Notes: generated by a model not told the origin, from the sequence alone. Positions 8,802 through 21,711 are shown, numbered from the stretch's first letter. The stretch is 64,000 bases of DNA from Candidatus Eiseniibacteriota bacterium (GCA_963792585.1 CAWBWI010000002.1:160001-224000), one strand, 5' to 3'. A program made the numbers and translations.

Positions 8802-9652
8802 GGGGCTCCCCGAAAAACGATCCACGGAGCTTGCGATTCCCCTGAGAGAAGCAGTATGGGTCGGAAGGGCAGCCCAGGCAAGCGCCCCGGGTCGCGTTCT
8901 AGTGTGGTGCCCCTCGTGTCCTTGGCCTGGTGGGATAGGTGGGTGTCGACGCCCGTTATTGTTTTGTGCGGCCAGAAGATATCCACCGAAGACGCACGGT
9001 TTCCGAGTCTACTAATGCTCACCAGTAACTCAGCTCGGCTGGCAGGATCCGGCATCCAGTCCTTGGGGTGCTGCAACCACGCGCCTGATCCGTGATGAGA
9101 TCGGCAAGCCGCGTATAAGCGGCGGCCCGCTTTGCTCACGAACTCTCCCAAAACGGGGCGCTCACCCTCCGGAAAGCTTCAAATTGGTGCGGTCACAAGG
9201 AATTCTTACTCTCAAGGCGCGTGGGTCAGGATGCCCCATTAGATGGCTGCATGTCGCTCATTCCAACATGCCGTTGGACAGTCCACCCGGTGAGAATTAT
9301 CCTGCTTGCGACTTCTCCAGAGATGGTCGCCGCAGGGGCTGCTGCGACCACCGTACTAGCGATCGCGCGGGGTTGAGAATCTGGAGCCGCCATGAGAGCC
9401 GCTGCAATGTCCGTGCCGCAGGGTGTGCCCCCCGTCCGGGAGGAGGGAGGGGCATTCGTATCTTCGCCGGCAGGTGACGCGGCCCAGCCTCGACCACTTG
9501 GCCCGCCTGTCCACCCTCGTCCTCGAAAGGCTCTGCACCGTGCCCCCCGTCACGCGCGAAAGCCTGTCCCGATACACGCGACCGACATTCCTGTGGTACC
9601 GGGCATGTTCCCGGTAGCGATCATGCCGTCGACTCAAGGGAGGCCGCCCGCC

Positions 9653-12600
9653 ATGAGACCCAGACCGTCGTACCTCAACCCGTGGAGAATCCTGGTCCCG
9701 ATCGTGTTCCTGACAGTGATGACCGCCATACCTGCGCTGGCGGGCCGTAACGCTGGAGGGGCTCTGATCGTCCACACGAACGACGCCGTGGCCTACACGG
9801 TCACCGGCGACTATTGCCAGACGAGCTTCCTGCCCGCGTCGTGCGAGGCCGCTGTTACCCGCACGGACAAGGACGAGGACACGCCCGCGGTGATCTGGCT
9901 GCTCGCGGCCTTCCCCGATACGTCGTCACCGGCCGTGACGGCAATCCAGTTTGGAATCGAGCACAATCTGCCGGCGAACGAGGGCTACTTCGAGCACTAC
10001 GCCAAGTGCGGTGATCTCGAGATGCCGGATCAAGGGTGGCCCGAGACCGGATTCGGCAATCTCTTGTCGTTTGGGTCGGCGGCGAAGACGGAGCTGCTCT
10101 TCCCGTTCTACTGGTTCGCGGCATATGGGTTCGAGGGGGCGTATCTGGGGACGAGGACGTATCCGAGCACGGATGAGGCGAAGTTCGTGGGGAATGAGAA
10201 TCCGCCGTTAGAGGATCGGATCTTCCAATTTGGCATTGTCCGTTGGTACGCCCAAGGCGCCAATTCCTGTCCAGCCTTTGGATCGGCCGATCAGAACGAA
10301 GACCACTCCGGGGGAGTGGATGATAATGAGACGACAGACGCGTCGACGCAGGTGCTGCCCGAAGTCATATACACAACGAGTGGGACCTGGAGCTTCCTTG
10401 TCTATGGCCCTCATCCCAATATGATAGCTAGCGTGGGCTTCCAATCAAACGACGAGAGGGTAGATGCGAATCTAGTCATGTCCACGGGCCCCGTTTCCTC
10501 ACTATGGACAGTTGCGTACCCGGAGCTGACCGCAGGTGCCCCAGCTTCGGTCACGGTTCGATTGACAACCGGAGCGACGTCGGATTTTCCAATTACTATA
10601 GCAGCGCCGGATCCGATCCGTGGCGAATTGCTTGCCGGGAGCGTCACAGTCGACCTTCGCCCGGGGACAATCGTCTGGGCGCCAGTCACTGGGCTCACCC
10701 GAGAAAGCCAAATTAGAACCCCGTCGGAGGTAGCCGTCAGTGACACCTTGCTACATCGATCCATCTCGGGTCTAGGAGTCACGGGCATCCGCAAATTGAT
10801 GGGCGACATTGCAGATGGCGATTCAACATGGAGCATGACCAGCGGGGGCACGGCTCATATCCCGGTGGCGGCTCGGTCAACATACACGTTGTTCTTCCCC
10901 AAACAAGTATCGAGCTGGGCCGTCGCAGAGATACTGCGCATGTGCCCATCCGTCCTCGACGTTGCTCCTGCCGGCCGCATAAATCCCGAGTCCACCCCCG
11001 AGTGCCCTGCGAGCGATCCATTCTGGTCATCGGAATGGTATATGAAATCCTCCCAAGAGACGGACTCGTGCTGTGTCTTGGCGGCGAATCACGCCTGGTG
11101 TATAAGTCGTGGGGCGGGCATCCGCATATATGTTGTAGATTGTATGGTGAACCCCGACCACCCGGACCTCACCGTACAGCTGCGGCCAGGTATCTGGTTT
11201 CCGGAGTTCATATCCGGATGGAGTGGAATTAACCATGGCTCATTTGTGGGGGTCATGGCCGCTGGGCACCACACCGGCAACAACTCATCTGCAGGTCAGG
11301 AGTACGCGGGAGTGGCCCCTGAGGACATAATCCACTCCTCCCCCTTCTACTACAGTGATCCTCTTGATTATGCTATAGACGCTATTCGTTATGTGGGGGA
11401 TGTTGCGACTGGTGCCTTAAGTGTCATGACCTGTGCATGGTCGGTGGGCTACTACACTCAAGGACAATATCAGACTATGTTGAGCTTGGCCCAACTCTGC
11501 AAGACGAGAAATGTCCTATTCCTAGCGGCGACCCCCCGAAATGGCGATACGAATGCGATCCCGGCTGCGATGGAGTCTGTGTACGGTGTCTGTGGCATTC
11601 GAAGTGATGGTAGCATCCTCGGGATCGCAGATAGCCTAGCTGCGATCGCACCGGTTGTCTGGAGCCCACCCTCATTTTTTGGAGTTGACGGGACCGTGAT
11701 CATCCCCCCGAGCACCTCGATGGCTACTGCGTTGGCCGCCGGAGCCGCCTCTGTGGTGGCCGGTTGCGCGGGCTTGAACGTGGCGGACCCGAATGCCGCT
11801 GCTTGGCTGGGGCATTTGATGGTCGAGGATTGCCATCCGACCGGTGGGGGGATACGCGGGCTTGACGCGGAACGGATTTGTGCTTTGGTGCCGATCCAAG
11901 ATGTCACGAATGTCAGCGCGACGGGTGGAAATCACAACGTTACGATTTCGTGGACTCTGACGGACGCTGAGAACGTGGACGGATTTGCGATATGGGAGGC
12001 AGCCTCCTGCTGGGGGCCATTTGAAGCCACAACTACATGGATACCATGCACCGGTGCCGGGAACTATGCTGAGACCGTTTCCGCCCCCTATGCTAGGGAG
12101 TACTACTACAAACTTGTCGCGTGGGGGGGAGGGGCATCAATGGAATACAAGTGTCACGCGAGTCCCAGTGTGGGGGATGGCGTGGATCCTCTGGCGGCAC
12201 CGGTAGGAGTGACGTTCAGCGGGCGACCCCCGACAGGCAGCAAAATACAATGGCAAAAGCGAAATTCTCTATCTTACCATATCTACTACGAGGTGTATCG
12301 GGGGTGCACGACTCCGCTTGATGAATGTGGATACGATGAGCATTGGGGCAACTGGCGCATTGGCGAGGTGGACAACAATGTTCAGAGCTGTGCTGACCCC
12401 CCCGAGATGGAGCTAGCCTGTTGGTGGGACGAAAATCTGGTGCCGGGACGTCTCTACGCTTATAGGGTTGCTACGTTGGGAAAGGATAATCAAGGAAGAA
12501 CGGTGTTCATGTCGGCACCGTCCTCCGAGGTCGTCGGCTACAGTCAGCTACCAGGTGAGGTTGATGCATTAGTGGGGACCGGAGAAGATCTGTCATTCGA

Positions 12601-12865
12601 GATTGCCAATATGCCGATTCACCACGGGAACTGCGTGAGGTTAGAAATCCTGAGCGGAAGGGCGAGAGAGGTGTCGGCGGGATTGTATGACTCAGCAGGG
12701 CGCGTCATATCATTGAAGGCGACGCGATGGCTTGTCAGCGAGGGGAGAACTTCGGTCGTGGCGACGTTGGCTGGCGGAGAGAGCCTGGCCCGGGGAGTGT
12801 ACTTCATTCGCATTAAGACGGGCGACGGGTTTACAGCAAAGAAGAAGCTGATAGTTTTGGATTAG
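9653..12865 (+). CDS. Secreted S8 subtilase-like protein with FN3-like and FlgD/T9SS-type C-terminal domains
   Basis: GGGAGG RBS plus ATG at 9653; signal peptide; triad candidates IYVVD, NHGSFVG and STSMATALAAG; C-terminal YDSAGR..LARGVYFIRI..KKLIVL. Confidence 0.75.
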   Translation: MRPRPSYLNPWRILVPIVFLTVMTAIPALAGRNAGGALIVHTNDAVAYTVTGDYCQTSFLPASCEAAVTRTDKDEDTPAVIWLLAAFPDTSSPAVTAIQFGIEHNLPANEGYFEHYAKCGDLEMPDQGWPETGFGNLLSFGSAAKTELLFPFYWFAAYGFEGAYLGTRTYPSTDEAKFVGNENPPLEDRIFQFGIVRWYAQGANSCPAFGSADQNEDHSGGVDDNETTDASTQVLPEVIYTTSGTWSFLVYGPHPNMIASVGFQSNDERVDANLVMSTGPVSSLWTVAYPELTAGAPASVTVRLTTGATSDFPITIAAPDPIRGELLAGSVTVDLRPGTIVWAPVTGLTRESQIRTPSEVAVSDTLLHRSISGLGVTGIRKLMGDIADGDSTWSMTSGGTAHIPVAARSTYTLFFPKQVSSWAVAEILRMCPSVLDVAPAGRINPESTPECPASDPFWSSEWYMKSSQETDSCCVLAANHAWCISRGAGIRIYVVDCMVNPDHPDLTVQLRPGIWFPEFISGWSGINHGSFVGVMAAGHHTGNNSSAGQEYAGVAPEDIIHSSPFYYSDPLDYAIDAIRYVGDVATGALSVMTCAWSVGYYTQGQYQTMLSLAQLCKTRNVLFLAATPRNGDTNAIPAAMESVYGVCGIRSDGSILGIADSLAAIAPVVWSPPSFFGVDGTVIIPPSTSMATALAAGAASVVAGCAGLNVADPNAAAWLGHLMVEDCHPTGGGIRGLDAERICALVPIQDVTNVSATGGNHNVTISWTLTDAENVDGFAIWEAASCWGPFEATTTWIPCTGAGNYAETVSAPYAREYYYKLVAWGGGASMEYKCHASPSVGDGVDPLAAPVGVTFSGRPPTGSKIQWQKRNSLSYHIYYEVYRGCTTPLDECGYDEHWGNWRIGEVDNNVQSCADPPEMELACWWDENLVPGRLYAYRVATLGKDNQGRTVFMSAPSSEVVGYSQLPGEVDALVGTGEDLSFEIANMPIHHGNCVRLEILSGRAREVSAGLYDSAGRVISLKATRWLVSEGRTSVVATLAGGESLARGVYFIRIKTGDGFTAKKKLIVLD

Positions 12866-13215
12866 GCCAGACGAGGCAATTGACCGTGGGGCCTTAAGGA
12901 CTAACTTGCGGAATCAGGCAAGAGGCGAGTGGTGTGCCGGCCTCGCCTCGGGGTGCGTCTGAGGCACCGAGGATACTGACAGATTCTGATCCTCTGACCC
13001 CCGGAAGATGTCTTCCGACGGCTGACACGGCTGCGATCGTCGAATGTCGTGTTGGCTTCGCGGAAACGGCAGATCGATGGTGAGGGAACAAGGGATTGCG
13101 CCGACGGGGCGTGAGGGGAGAGGCTAGTTGGGGCATATGAAGACGCCTACGGCGATTGGACAGGTCCGATCCAGAGCTGACCCCGGCTGCTCCGATCGTG
13201 GATAGGGCGCCATGG

Positions 13216-14643
13216 TCAGGGGACAAGTCGAATGGATCTATAGAGAATGGGACTGTGTCCATCATGGAGGGAAGCCGCCAAGCGGCAATCACCAGATGGC
13301 AACAACGTATTACTACAGTCCGTAAGCGGCCAAGTCTGATTCATCGTGTAAGTCCTACCCGGTCGAACGACAAACATCCACTCGTCGGGAATAACTATGC
13401 ATGGTCGGCGCGCAACGCGCGCGCCACAACTGGCTTCAAGGTCGAGGCCCGGATAGCGCTCGAAAAGAAAACCGACAGAGTAGGGGCCATTGTTGACGAT
13501 CTTGAAGGTGAAAAGGACCGGATCACCGACGCGGTAGATCGCCTGATCAATCTCGAAGCGGAAGTCGATACCAAGTTGGGGAGCCCCCGGTACATCTTCG
13601 TGAGGATATAGATGGAGTTCTTTGGAAGCCCCAAGAATCCGTGTCTCGCTCGTCTGGAGATCGTTAATCAGGACCTGACCGGGGTTCGCACCCGTAGAAT
13701 AGGCGATCTGGTGATCGCTCAGCCAGCAGTACTTGACACGAGTCCCCGATGACAGGTTGCCGGTATCGATTGCCGAAACTCCCTCACCGGACAATTCTTG
13801 CACTTTGATGACGTGATTGTCGGGCATGTAGGCGATGCGCTGGCCGGAGGGGCTCCAGACATGGTTGAGGTCCCTCAGACTATCGCTGATCCTCCGGGGA
13901 ATCCCTCCATTGGCGGGAATGACGTATATTTGCCAGCGGGCGCCGTCATACATGGCAAAGCCGATGTGGGACCCATCGGGGGACCAAACCGGGAAATCCA
14001 GGTGGCCTTCGACGAGGAGAGAGGCGCTCCTCGTCCGCAGATCCAGGATCCATAGACCCGAATGTGAGTCAACACCATCGATGTGGCTCAGAACATAAGC
14101 CACGCGATCCCCATCTGGAGCAAAGGCAGGATTGAATATGTAATCCGGAGGCAGTCGCGTTGATAGCAAGGTCTCTGATGACCCAGAGTACGCTTGGTAG
14201 AGATAAAGCGAGGAGTCTGACTGGCAAAGGATTTTGTCCCCGACCATGCTCGCAAGATGAGGATGATAGCCTGGAAGGTCCTCCGCACGAACGGAGGCAA
14301 GGATCAGACCTCTTGCATCAGCGAGCTGGTAACCGGATCGAACATCGAGGGGATTCATTTCCTCAAGGAGGAAGTAATCCCCGTCCAGGGAGCCGAGGAC
14401 TGGCTGCAAGTCCGCAAGATGCTGCTCGCTGCCCGCGACCGGATCGACCGACCAAGCGGCCCCATCAGTTGTTCCGATGGTGATGATCTGATGCGTCGCA
14501 GAGAACCAGAGACCGGTGATCTGCACCGCTCTCGTTTCGTACTCGGATGGCTGTGGTGACACAGGATTGCGTTCGCAGCTGGCCGAGAGCAATGCCAGAC
14601 CGGCAACGATCCAGGTGCAACGTGCCTGCGGTATAAATAGCAT
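13216..14643 (-). CDS. Lipoprotein with TolB/PD40 beta-propeller and C-terminal BsuPI-like Ig domain
   Basis: Lipobox LSASC; PAFAPDG, PVWSPDG and WSPSG repeats; C-terminal YRVGDPVLFTFKIVNNG..RPGRTYTMNQTW. Confidence 0.7.
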   Translation of the reverse strand: MLFIPQARCTWIVAGLALLSASCERNPVSPQPSEYETRAVQITGLWFSATHQIITIGTTDGAAWSVDPVAGSEQHLADLQPVLGSLDGDYFLLEEMNPLDVRSGYQLADARGLILASVRAEDLPGYHPHLASMVGDKILCQSDSSLYLYQAYSGSSETLLSTRLPPDYIFNPAFAPDGDRVAYVLSHIDGVDSHSGLWILDLRTRSASLLVEGHLDFPVWSPDGSHIGFAMYDGARWQIYVIPANGGIPRRISDSLRDLNHVWSPSGQRIAYMPDNHVIKVQELSGEGVSAIDTGNLSSGTRVKYCWLSDHQIAYSTGANPGQVLINDLQTSETRILGASKELHLYPHEDVPGAPQLGIDFRFEIDQAIYRVGDPVLFTFKIVNNGPYSVGFLFERYPGLDLEASCGARVARRPCIVIPDEWMFVVRPGRTYTMNQTWPLTDCSNTLLPSGDCRLAASLHDGHSPILYRSIRLVP

Positions 14644-14816
14644 GGCTGGTCTCTCCTCGGACAGAGCGCCTTACGTCTACGTCGAGAACCACCGGGCGCA
14701 AGCTATCTTACTATCCAGGCTCGGTGTCGGTCCACCCCGCGTGCCTGACGTCGTTCCAGTGTTGTGGCGGACCGATCGGAGGGTGGTCAGGTCTCCTGCC
14801 GTGGAGGCACGGCTAG

Positions 14817-16531
14817 CCCGGATTTCTCACCAAGGGGAATAGCAACGGGCGGACAGATTCGTTAAAAGGGTGTTGTCTACGCACCTACAACGAATCATGA
14901 GGTCCGCCCGATGCAGACACACTGTAACTCCGCTCAACTCGCGTTCCAACCCCTTGGTCGTCGAATCGTAGAGGCCGCTTTCGACGCGGGTCATGTGACT
15001 AGCGACGCGGGCGGCCTCCTGCTTCGAGAGATCGCTTCCACCACGCGGATGATGGAGCGGATCGCCTCCTGCTTCACCGACGCCCGTGATCCTGCCCGGG
15101 CTGAGCATTCCCTCGACGGTCTGATTGCCCAGAGGATTTATGGCCTGGCCCTCGGCTACGAGGACCTCAACGACCACGATCAGCTCCGTCGGGATCCCCT
15201 GCTTGCCGTTCTGGTGGGCAAGACCGACCCGGATGGCCAGGATCGGGTCCGAGAGCGGGACCGGGGCTGCGCCCTGGCCGGCAAGAGCACTCTGAATCGG
15301 TTGGAGCACACTCCTCCCACCGAGCGGGATCGTTATCACCGGATCGCCTACGACTCTGGAAAGCTCGACCGATTGCTGGTGGATCTGTTCCTGGAGTCCT
15401 ACGATCACGCCCCTCGACAGATCATTCTGGATCTGGACGCTACGGATGACCCGGTGCACGGATCCCAGGAGGAGCGGTTCTTCCACGGCTACTACGGGCA
15501 CTACTGCTTTCTGCCGCTCTACGCTTTCTGCGGGGAGCACCTGCTCCTGGCCCGATTGCGGCCGTCGAACATCGATGCCTCTGCGGGGACTGTCAAGGAG
15601 TTGGCGCCCATCATTCATCAGATCTGGCAGCGGTGGCCGAGAACCCAGATCGTCTTGCGTGCGGATTCAGGCTTTGCACGGGAAGAGATCATGGTTTGGT
15701 GTGAGGAACAGGGCGTCGACTACGTCTTTGGGTTGGCGAAGAACTCTCGGTTGATCCGCAAGATTGCCCGGGAGTTGAAACGGGCCCTGAAACGCTATGG
15801 CCGGACAGGAAAGCCTGCCCGATTCTTCCGGGACTTCCTTTACCGGACCCGAGAGAGCTGGAGTCGATCTCGACGGGTGGTAGGGAAAGCGGAGCATCTG
15901 GAGAAGGGGAGCAATCCGAGATTCGTGGTGACCTCTCTTGAATCGGCACCAGCCCGGGATCTCTACGAAGCCATCTACTGCGCCCGCGGCGAGATGGAGA
16001 ACCGGATCAAAGAACAACAGCTGGATCTGTTTGCCGACCGGACGAGCGCGACCAGCATGCGGTCGAATCAGTTGCGACTCTATTTCTCGAGCTTTGCCTA
16101 CGTCCTGCTGCAGTACCTGCGGCGCGTCGGACTGCGGGGAACGGAACTGGCGCGAGCTCAGTGCGGGACGATCCGTCTGAAACTCCTGAAGATCGGCGCC
16201 CTCATCGCGGTGAGTGTCCGCCGGATCCGTTTCCGGATGGCCAGCGGCTATCCACATGCCGACCTGTTCCGCCAAGTGATGGAAAACCTACGACACGATC
16301 CGAGTCCAGGCTAATCCCCGAAGGTCCCCGAACACCAAAGATCCGCGTCGATTACGGAGACAAGGGAGGAGTCTGCCTCGGGCGGACTGGCGCACCTCCC
16401 AGGACGCCAGATTCCGGTCTCATGATCGGGAATCGAACGGCGGATGCGCGACGAGGGGCGCGAGAGAGGATCCATCGTCCTCCGGCACGCCCCTCGATCA
16501 GCTTCTTCCTACACCTGGTGAGAAATGCGGG
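14817..16531 (+). mobile_element. IS1380-family insertion sequence, copy 1 (1715 bp)
   Basis: Terminal IRs CCCGGATTTCTCACCA / TGGTGAGAAATGCGGG (15/16); CTAG on both flanks. Confidence 0.93.
14911..16314 (+). CDS. IS1380-family DDE transposase
   Basis: TSDAGGLLL, GYEDLND, LDLDATDD, RADSGF, YCARGEMENRIKE. Confidence 0.95.
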   Translation: MQTHCNSAQLAFQPLGRRIVEAAFDAGHVTSDAGGLLLREIASTTRMMERIASCFTDARDPARAEHSLDGLIAQRIYGLALGYEDLNDHDQLRRDPLLAVLVGKTDPDGQDRVRERDRGCALAGKSTLNRLEHTPPTERDRYHRIAYDSGKLDRLLVDLFLESYDHAPRQIILDLDATDDPVHGSQEERFFHGYYGHYCFLPLYAFCGEHLLLARLRPSNIDASAGTVKELAPIIHQIWQRWPRTQIVLRADSGFAREEIMVWCEEQGVDYVFGLAKNSRLIRKIARELKRALKRYGRTGKPARFFRDFLYRTRESWSRSRRVVGKAEHLEKGSNPRFVVTSLESAPARDLYEAIYCARGEMENRIKEQQLDLFADRTSATSMRSNQLRLYFSSFAYVLLQYLRRVGLRGTELARAQCGTIRLKLLKIGALIAVSVRRIRFRMASGYPHADLFRQVMENLRHDPSPG

Positions 16532-16871
16532 CTAGAGGGATTGGCCAAGGCCATCCCGGTTCACGGCGGGGCAGGCCGAGAGGCCGGGCGATTGCAGCTA
16601 GAGCGATGGCCCGGACCCCGCGTAGAGTCGCTGCCGTCAGGTCGAAATCGAGGCGCATTCCGTGGCTGTGCTGGGGGCGTCCGTCTGGAGGCTCGGTCGC
16701 GACTTCGACGGTCTTTGGCCGGTCGGTACGCATCTAGGCTGATCGACGTGCGAATTCCCGGCTTCGGATACAGGAGAACCGATGCAGATTCTCCCAACAG
16801 GTGAGCGGATGTCGACTAAGGGACAGGCCGAACTTTACTTCAAGTCGCTGTGCGGGCTGGGTCAGGGAATT

Positions 16872-17340
16872 ATGGCGGTGGACCGGCCAGTCGTCATTCT
16901 TGGGGCTGGCGCCACGAAGGCGTGTGAGCGTGACGGAGGACCAAGGATCCCACTCACGGATGAGCTCCTTAGAGCTGCCTTGGCTATCCAGGACGGGGTT
17001 GTCGATCGCAGCGAGTGGATGAGAATCCTGAAGAAGTTCTTGAGGGAAGTGTTTCCAAACGCTCAGTCCCCGTCATTGCCGACATTGCTTGGGCTGGTGG
17101 ATACGGGGATCGAGCGCGATCAGCCGCTCGCGCCGAAGTGGACAGCGGACCGCCTGCGGAATGTCCGGAAGGCAGTAGAGTACGCGGTGTTCGCCGCGCT
17201 GAATGAGACTCTGCGATGGACCGATGAAGGCCCGGGCTTGATTCAGGGGCTTTTCGAGCTCATTGGAAAGGCGCTCAAGTCCTTCCCCAGAGTCGATAAC
17301 GGAACCAACGAACTTCAGGTAGTCACCACGAATTACGATC
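16872..17340 (+). pseudogene. SIR2-like domain protein, N-terminal fragment truncated by IS3
   Basis: VVILGAGAT..IPLTDELL and VVTTNYDL. The sequence switches to the IS3 IR immediately after NYD. Confidence 0.75.
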
Positions 17341-17679
17341 TGAACCGCCCCGAGTTTTCCGGAGAGCTCATTCCGTGATTCCCGCCAGTTCGGCCGGAAT
17401 CTGTTGATCACGATAGTAGGCCTCCTCGTGCTCGACCGGTGGAACATACCCGATCGGCTCCAGCAGGCGACGGTTGTTGTACCAGGACACCCATTCGAGA
17501 ACGGCGAACTCCACGTCCTCGAGACAGCGCCACGGACCTCGACGGCGAGTCACCTCCGTCTTGAAGAGTCCAATGACCGACTCTGCCATCGCGTTGTCAT
17601 ACGAATCGCCCATGCTGCCCACCGACGGCTCGATCCCCGCCTCCGCCAACCTCTCGGTGTAGCGGATCGACAGGTATTG

Positions 17680-19536
<1,857 letters not shown>

Positions 19537-19670
19537 TCAAGAAATGGAGCCTCCGACAATCTCGGGGCGGTTCAACCCGTGTGCTGTAGTGATACTTCCC
19601 CCGCGAACGTGGATTGCATCCTCTTGGCCGGGGTGGCCCCGCGGTGCTATCCTCAACGGAGGACGTAGCT

Positions 19671-20381
19671 ATGCCGATGTCACACAGTTTCGACGATCTC
19701 TGCGACCGGGTGACGGATCACTCGCTCGATGTACCCGACTTTCTTCGAGCCGTCCGAAGTGTCCGTCCCTCTCTGGACGAGATCGAGGACTTACTCGCAC
19801 GAGCTAGAGCTGGCAGCGCGCCCACGGCACTCATTGAAGGCCTCGCGGAGGCTCGCGAGAGAACACTTCGCGACAGAGACCGATTCGATAACCTGGGAAG
19901 ACTGTTCGGACTTCTCTTTAGTCGCGTTGAGCACCGTTTCCCTGCCTCGCTGCGCTGGCTCGTCCCGTTGGCTGTTCTAGTTGCTCTACTCGGGGTGGCA
20001 CGCGTGCCATTGATTCTTCCGAGATCAAGCATGGAGTCGGCTGGAGAGCCGCACTCCCGACCGGCCGAGGGCAGTGCACCCTCGGACCCTGTCGAACCCA
20101 CCGACCCAATAGATACGCTGCGAAGCAATACCGGACCTAGCTTCGCCGAACGGCGTATGGAGATATCCCTCGGAGTTTCTCGTTGCCATTGGACCGAACT
20201 CTACTATTGGGTCGGTGACTCGGGCGAGCCTGGTGGTCCCGTATCCATCGTGGGAAGTAGTACGGTCCGGATCTTTGTGCCGGAGTCAACGCACGAGGTG
20301 TTCGTGTCCGGAACACCCAGCCGACAGAACAGCCGTCTCGTCGCAATTGAACGTTACAGGGAGAATCCGGTATGTCCGTGA
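19671..20381 (+). CDS. Hypothetical single-pass membrane protein
   Basis: GGAGG RBS plus ATG at 19671; central hydrophobic helix WLVPLAVLVALLGVA followed by a Pro-rich linker. Confidence 0.55.
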   Translation: MPMSHSFDDLCDRVTDHSLDVPDFLRAVRSVRPSLDEIEDLLARARAGSAPTALIEGLAEARERTLRDRDRFDNLGRLFGLLFSRVEHRFPASLRWLVPLAVLVALLGVARVPLILPRSSMESAGEPHSRPAEGSAPSDPVEPTDPIDTLRSNTGPSFAERRMEISLGVSRCHWTELYYWVGDSGEPGGPVSIVGSSTVRIFVPESTHEVFVSGTPSRQNSRLVAIERYRENPVCP

Positions 20382-21688
20382 GGGCTTGGCTTTCCGCCTG
20401 TTTGCTTGTGACCGCGACTACGGCCCTTGCGGACGACAACTGTGAATGGACGTTGCATGTAGTCGATATGAATGGGGACCCCGTGTACCCCGCGACTGGG
20501 AGCTTGCCGCAGCTATCGAAGAGAGAGCAAATCCTATGGGACGGAAGCTGTCGGTTCACGCTGCACGAGAAGTACGGCGGTGAGAATCTGGACTTCTGCG
20601 TCGTAGCGGACACCGGGGACACATTACTCGTACAGAAGGTCGTCGGTTGTCATGACGAGACGATCCGAGTTCTAGCACCTCTGCTGATCGAAGTCGAAGT
20701 TCCTGGATGGCCAGAGAGCTCGAAGGGAATGATCCGATTTCTTCACAGCGGTCTCGTCTTGCGAGAATACTCCTCCTTTGGTGGGTCGCTAAGGCAGACA
20801 GTCTACGATCGTCAAGATCAGTGGATCAACCAATCGGTGGACATTGAAATTCGTAGAGATGACGGCTACTGCCTTCGCGCAACTCGACCCTTTACCCGTG
20901 AAGGCATGGTCTTGCGAACACCTCGTTATGACTTAAGTGAGTGGCTGCCATGTAGCCCTGGAAGGTATGTCGTTGCTCGGGCTCCAGAATGGAAAGGAGG
21001 ACTGGCCACGGCGACGCTGTCCCATTCGGAGCTCGGAAAGCTCCCAAGTGTGACCGACACCACGGGCCTTTGGAGATTCACCTTGCCCTCCGTTGAACAG
21101 TGGGATTCCTGGGTCGGGAGTAACGTGACTCTAGAGATCGTCGGCGGTGGACGGAAGTACTTGTCTGATGCGCGTTTCGAAACATCCGGTGTCGAATTCG
21201 TCGTGCCACCTTTCTCCGAGTGGCAGGAAACTCGGGAACCCACACATCAGAAATGGGTGCTAGTGAGTGAATTGGCAGTAGAAGAGGCACTGGCGACTGA
21301 GAAGGCGCGTGCGATAACGGGTGGTCGTCTTGAGTTGCGCCTGGGGAAGAGTCGTTGGGGCGGAGTTCAGTTGCTTGCGTCGGGTGGGTATTATGAGTAT
21401 CCGCATGGGCACCTTCTCCCGACGCTCGTTGGAGTCAGGATCACGACCCTTTTGAGGGTACCGGTCTCACTGTCTGGCGGATACGCCTGGGGCAACACGG
21501 ACGCTGGTGTGTCTCCAGCCGGCCGGCTGGTCCGTCTAGCTGGTGAGGTCGCTTCTTTCGGGCCAGTGGCGGTTCAGGTAGCTAGCGTCGGGCAGGAGAC
21601 GTATAACTCTGACTGGTTCACCCAAGTGGGAATCACGCTGGGATATCGCCTAACGTTTAAGTGGCGTGAATTGGCGGCTGGAGAATGA
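20372..21688 (+). CDS. Secreted hypothetical protein with internal repeat and possible C-terminal beta-barrel
   Basis: Signal peptide (..ATTALA|DD); two similar ~90-aa modules ending in SEW; amphipathic strands near the C-terminus (VGITLGYRL). Confidence 0.6.
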   Translation: MSVRAWLSACLLVTATTALADDNCEWTLHVVDMNGDPVYPATGSLPQLSKREQILWDGSCRFTLHEKYGGENLDFCVVADTGDTLLVQKVVGCHDETIRVLAPLLIEVEVPGWPESSKGMIRFLHSGLVLREYSSFGGSLRQTVYDRQDQWINQSVDIEIRRDDGYCLRATRPFTREGMVLRTPRYDLSEWLPCSPGRYVVARAPEWKGGLATATLSHSELGKLPSVTDTTGLWRFTLPSVEQWDSWVGSNVTLEIVGGGRKYLSDARFETSGVEFVVPPFSEWQETREPTHQKWVLVSELAVEEALATEKARAITGGRLELRLGKSRWGGVQLLASGGYYEYPHGHLLPTLVGVRITTLLRVPVSLSGGYAWGNTDAGVSPAGRLVRLAGEVASFGPVAVQVASVGQETYNSDWFTQVGITLGYRLTFKWRELAAGE

Positions 21689-21711
21689 AAAGAGGTTGCA
21701 GAAACGTCGTT

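Noticed and set aside
8774..9400. ORFs between TIGR04141 and the subtilase
   Set aside because: No recognisable domains or convincing RBS. The 9392 start adds a Pro/Arg-rich non-coding-like extension.
14827..16275. Antisense ORFs in IS1380 and other long shadow ORFs (e.g. 29794-31248, 44981-45961, 59181-60587)
   Set aside because: They lie opposite well-supported genes and lack motifs.
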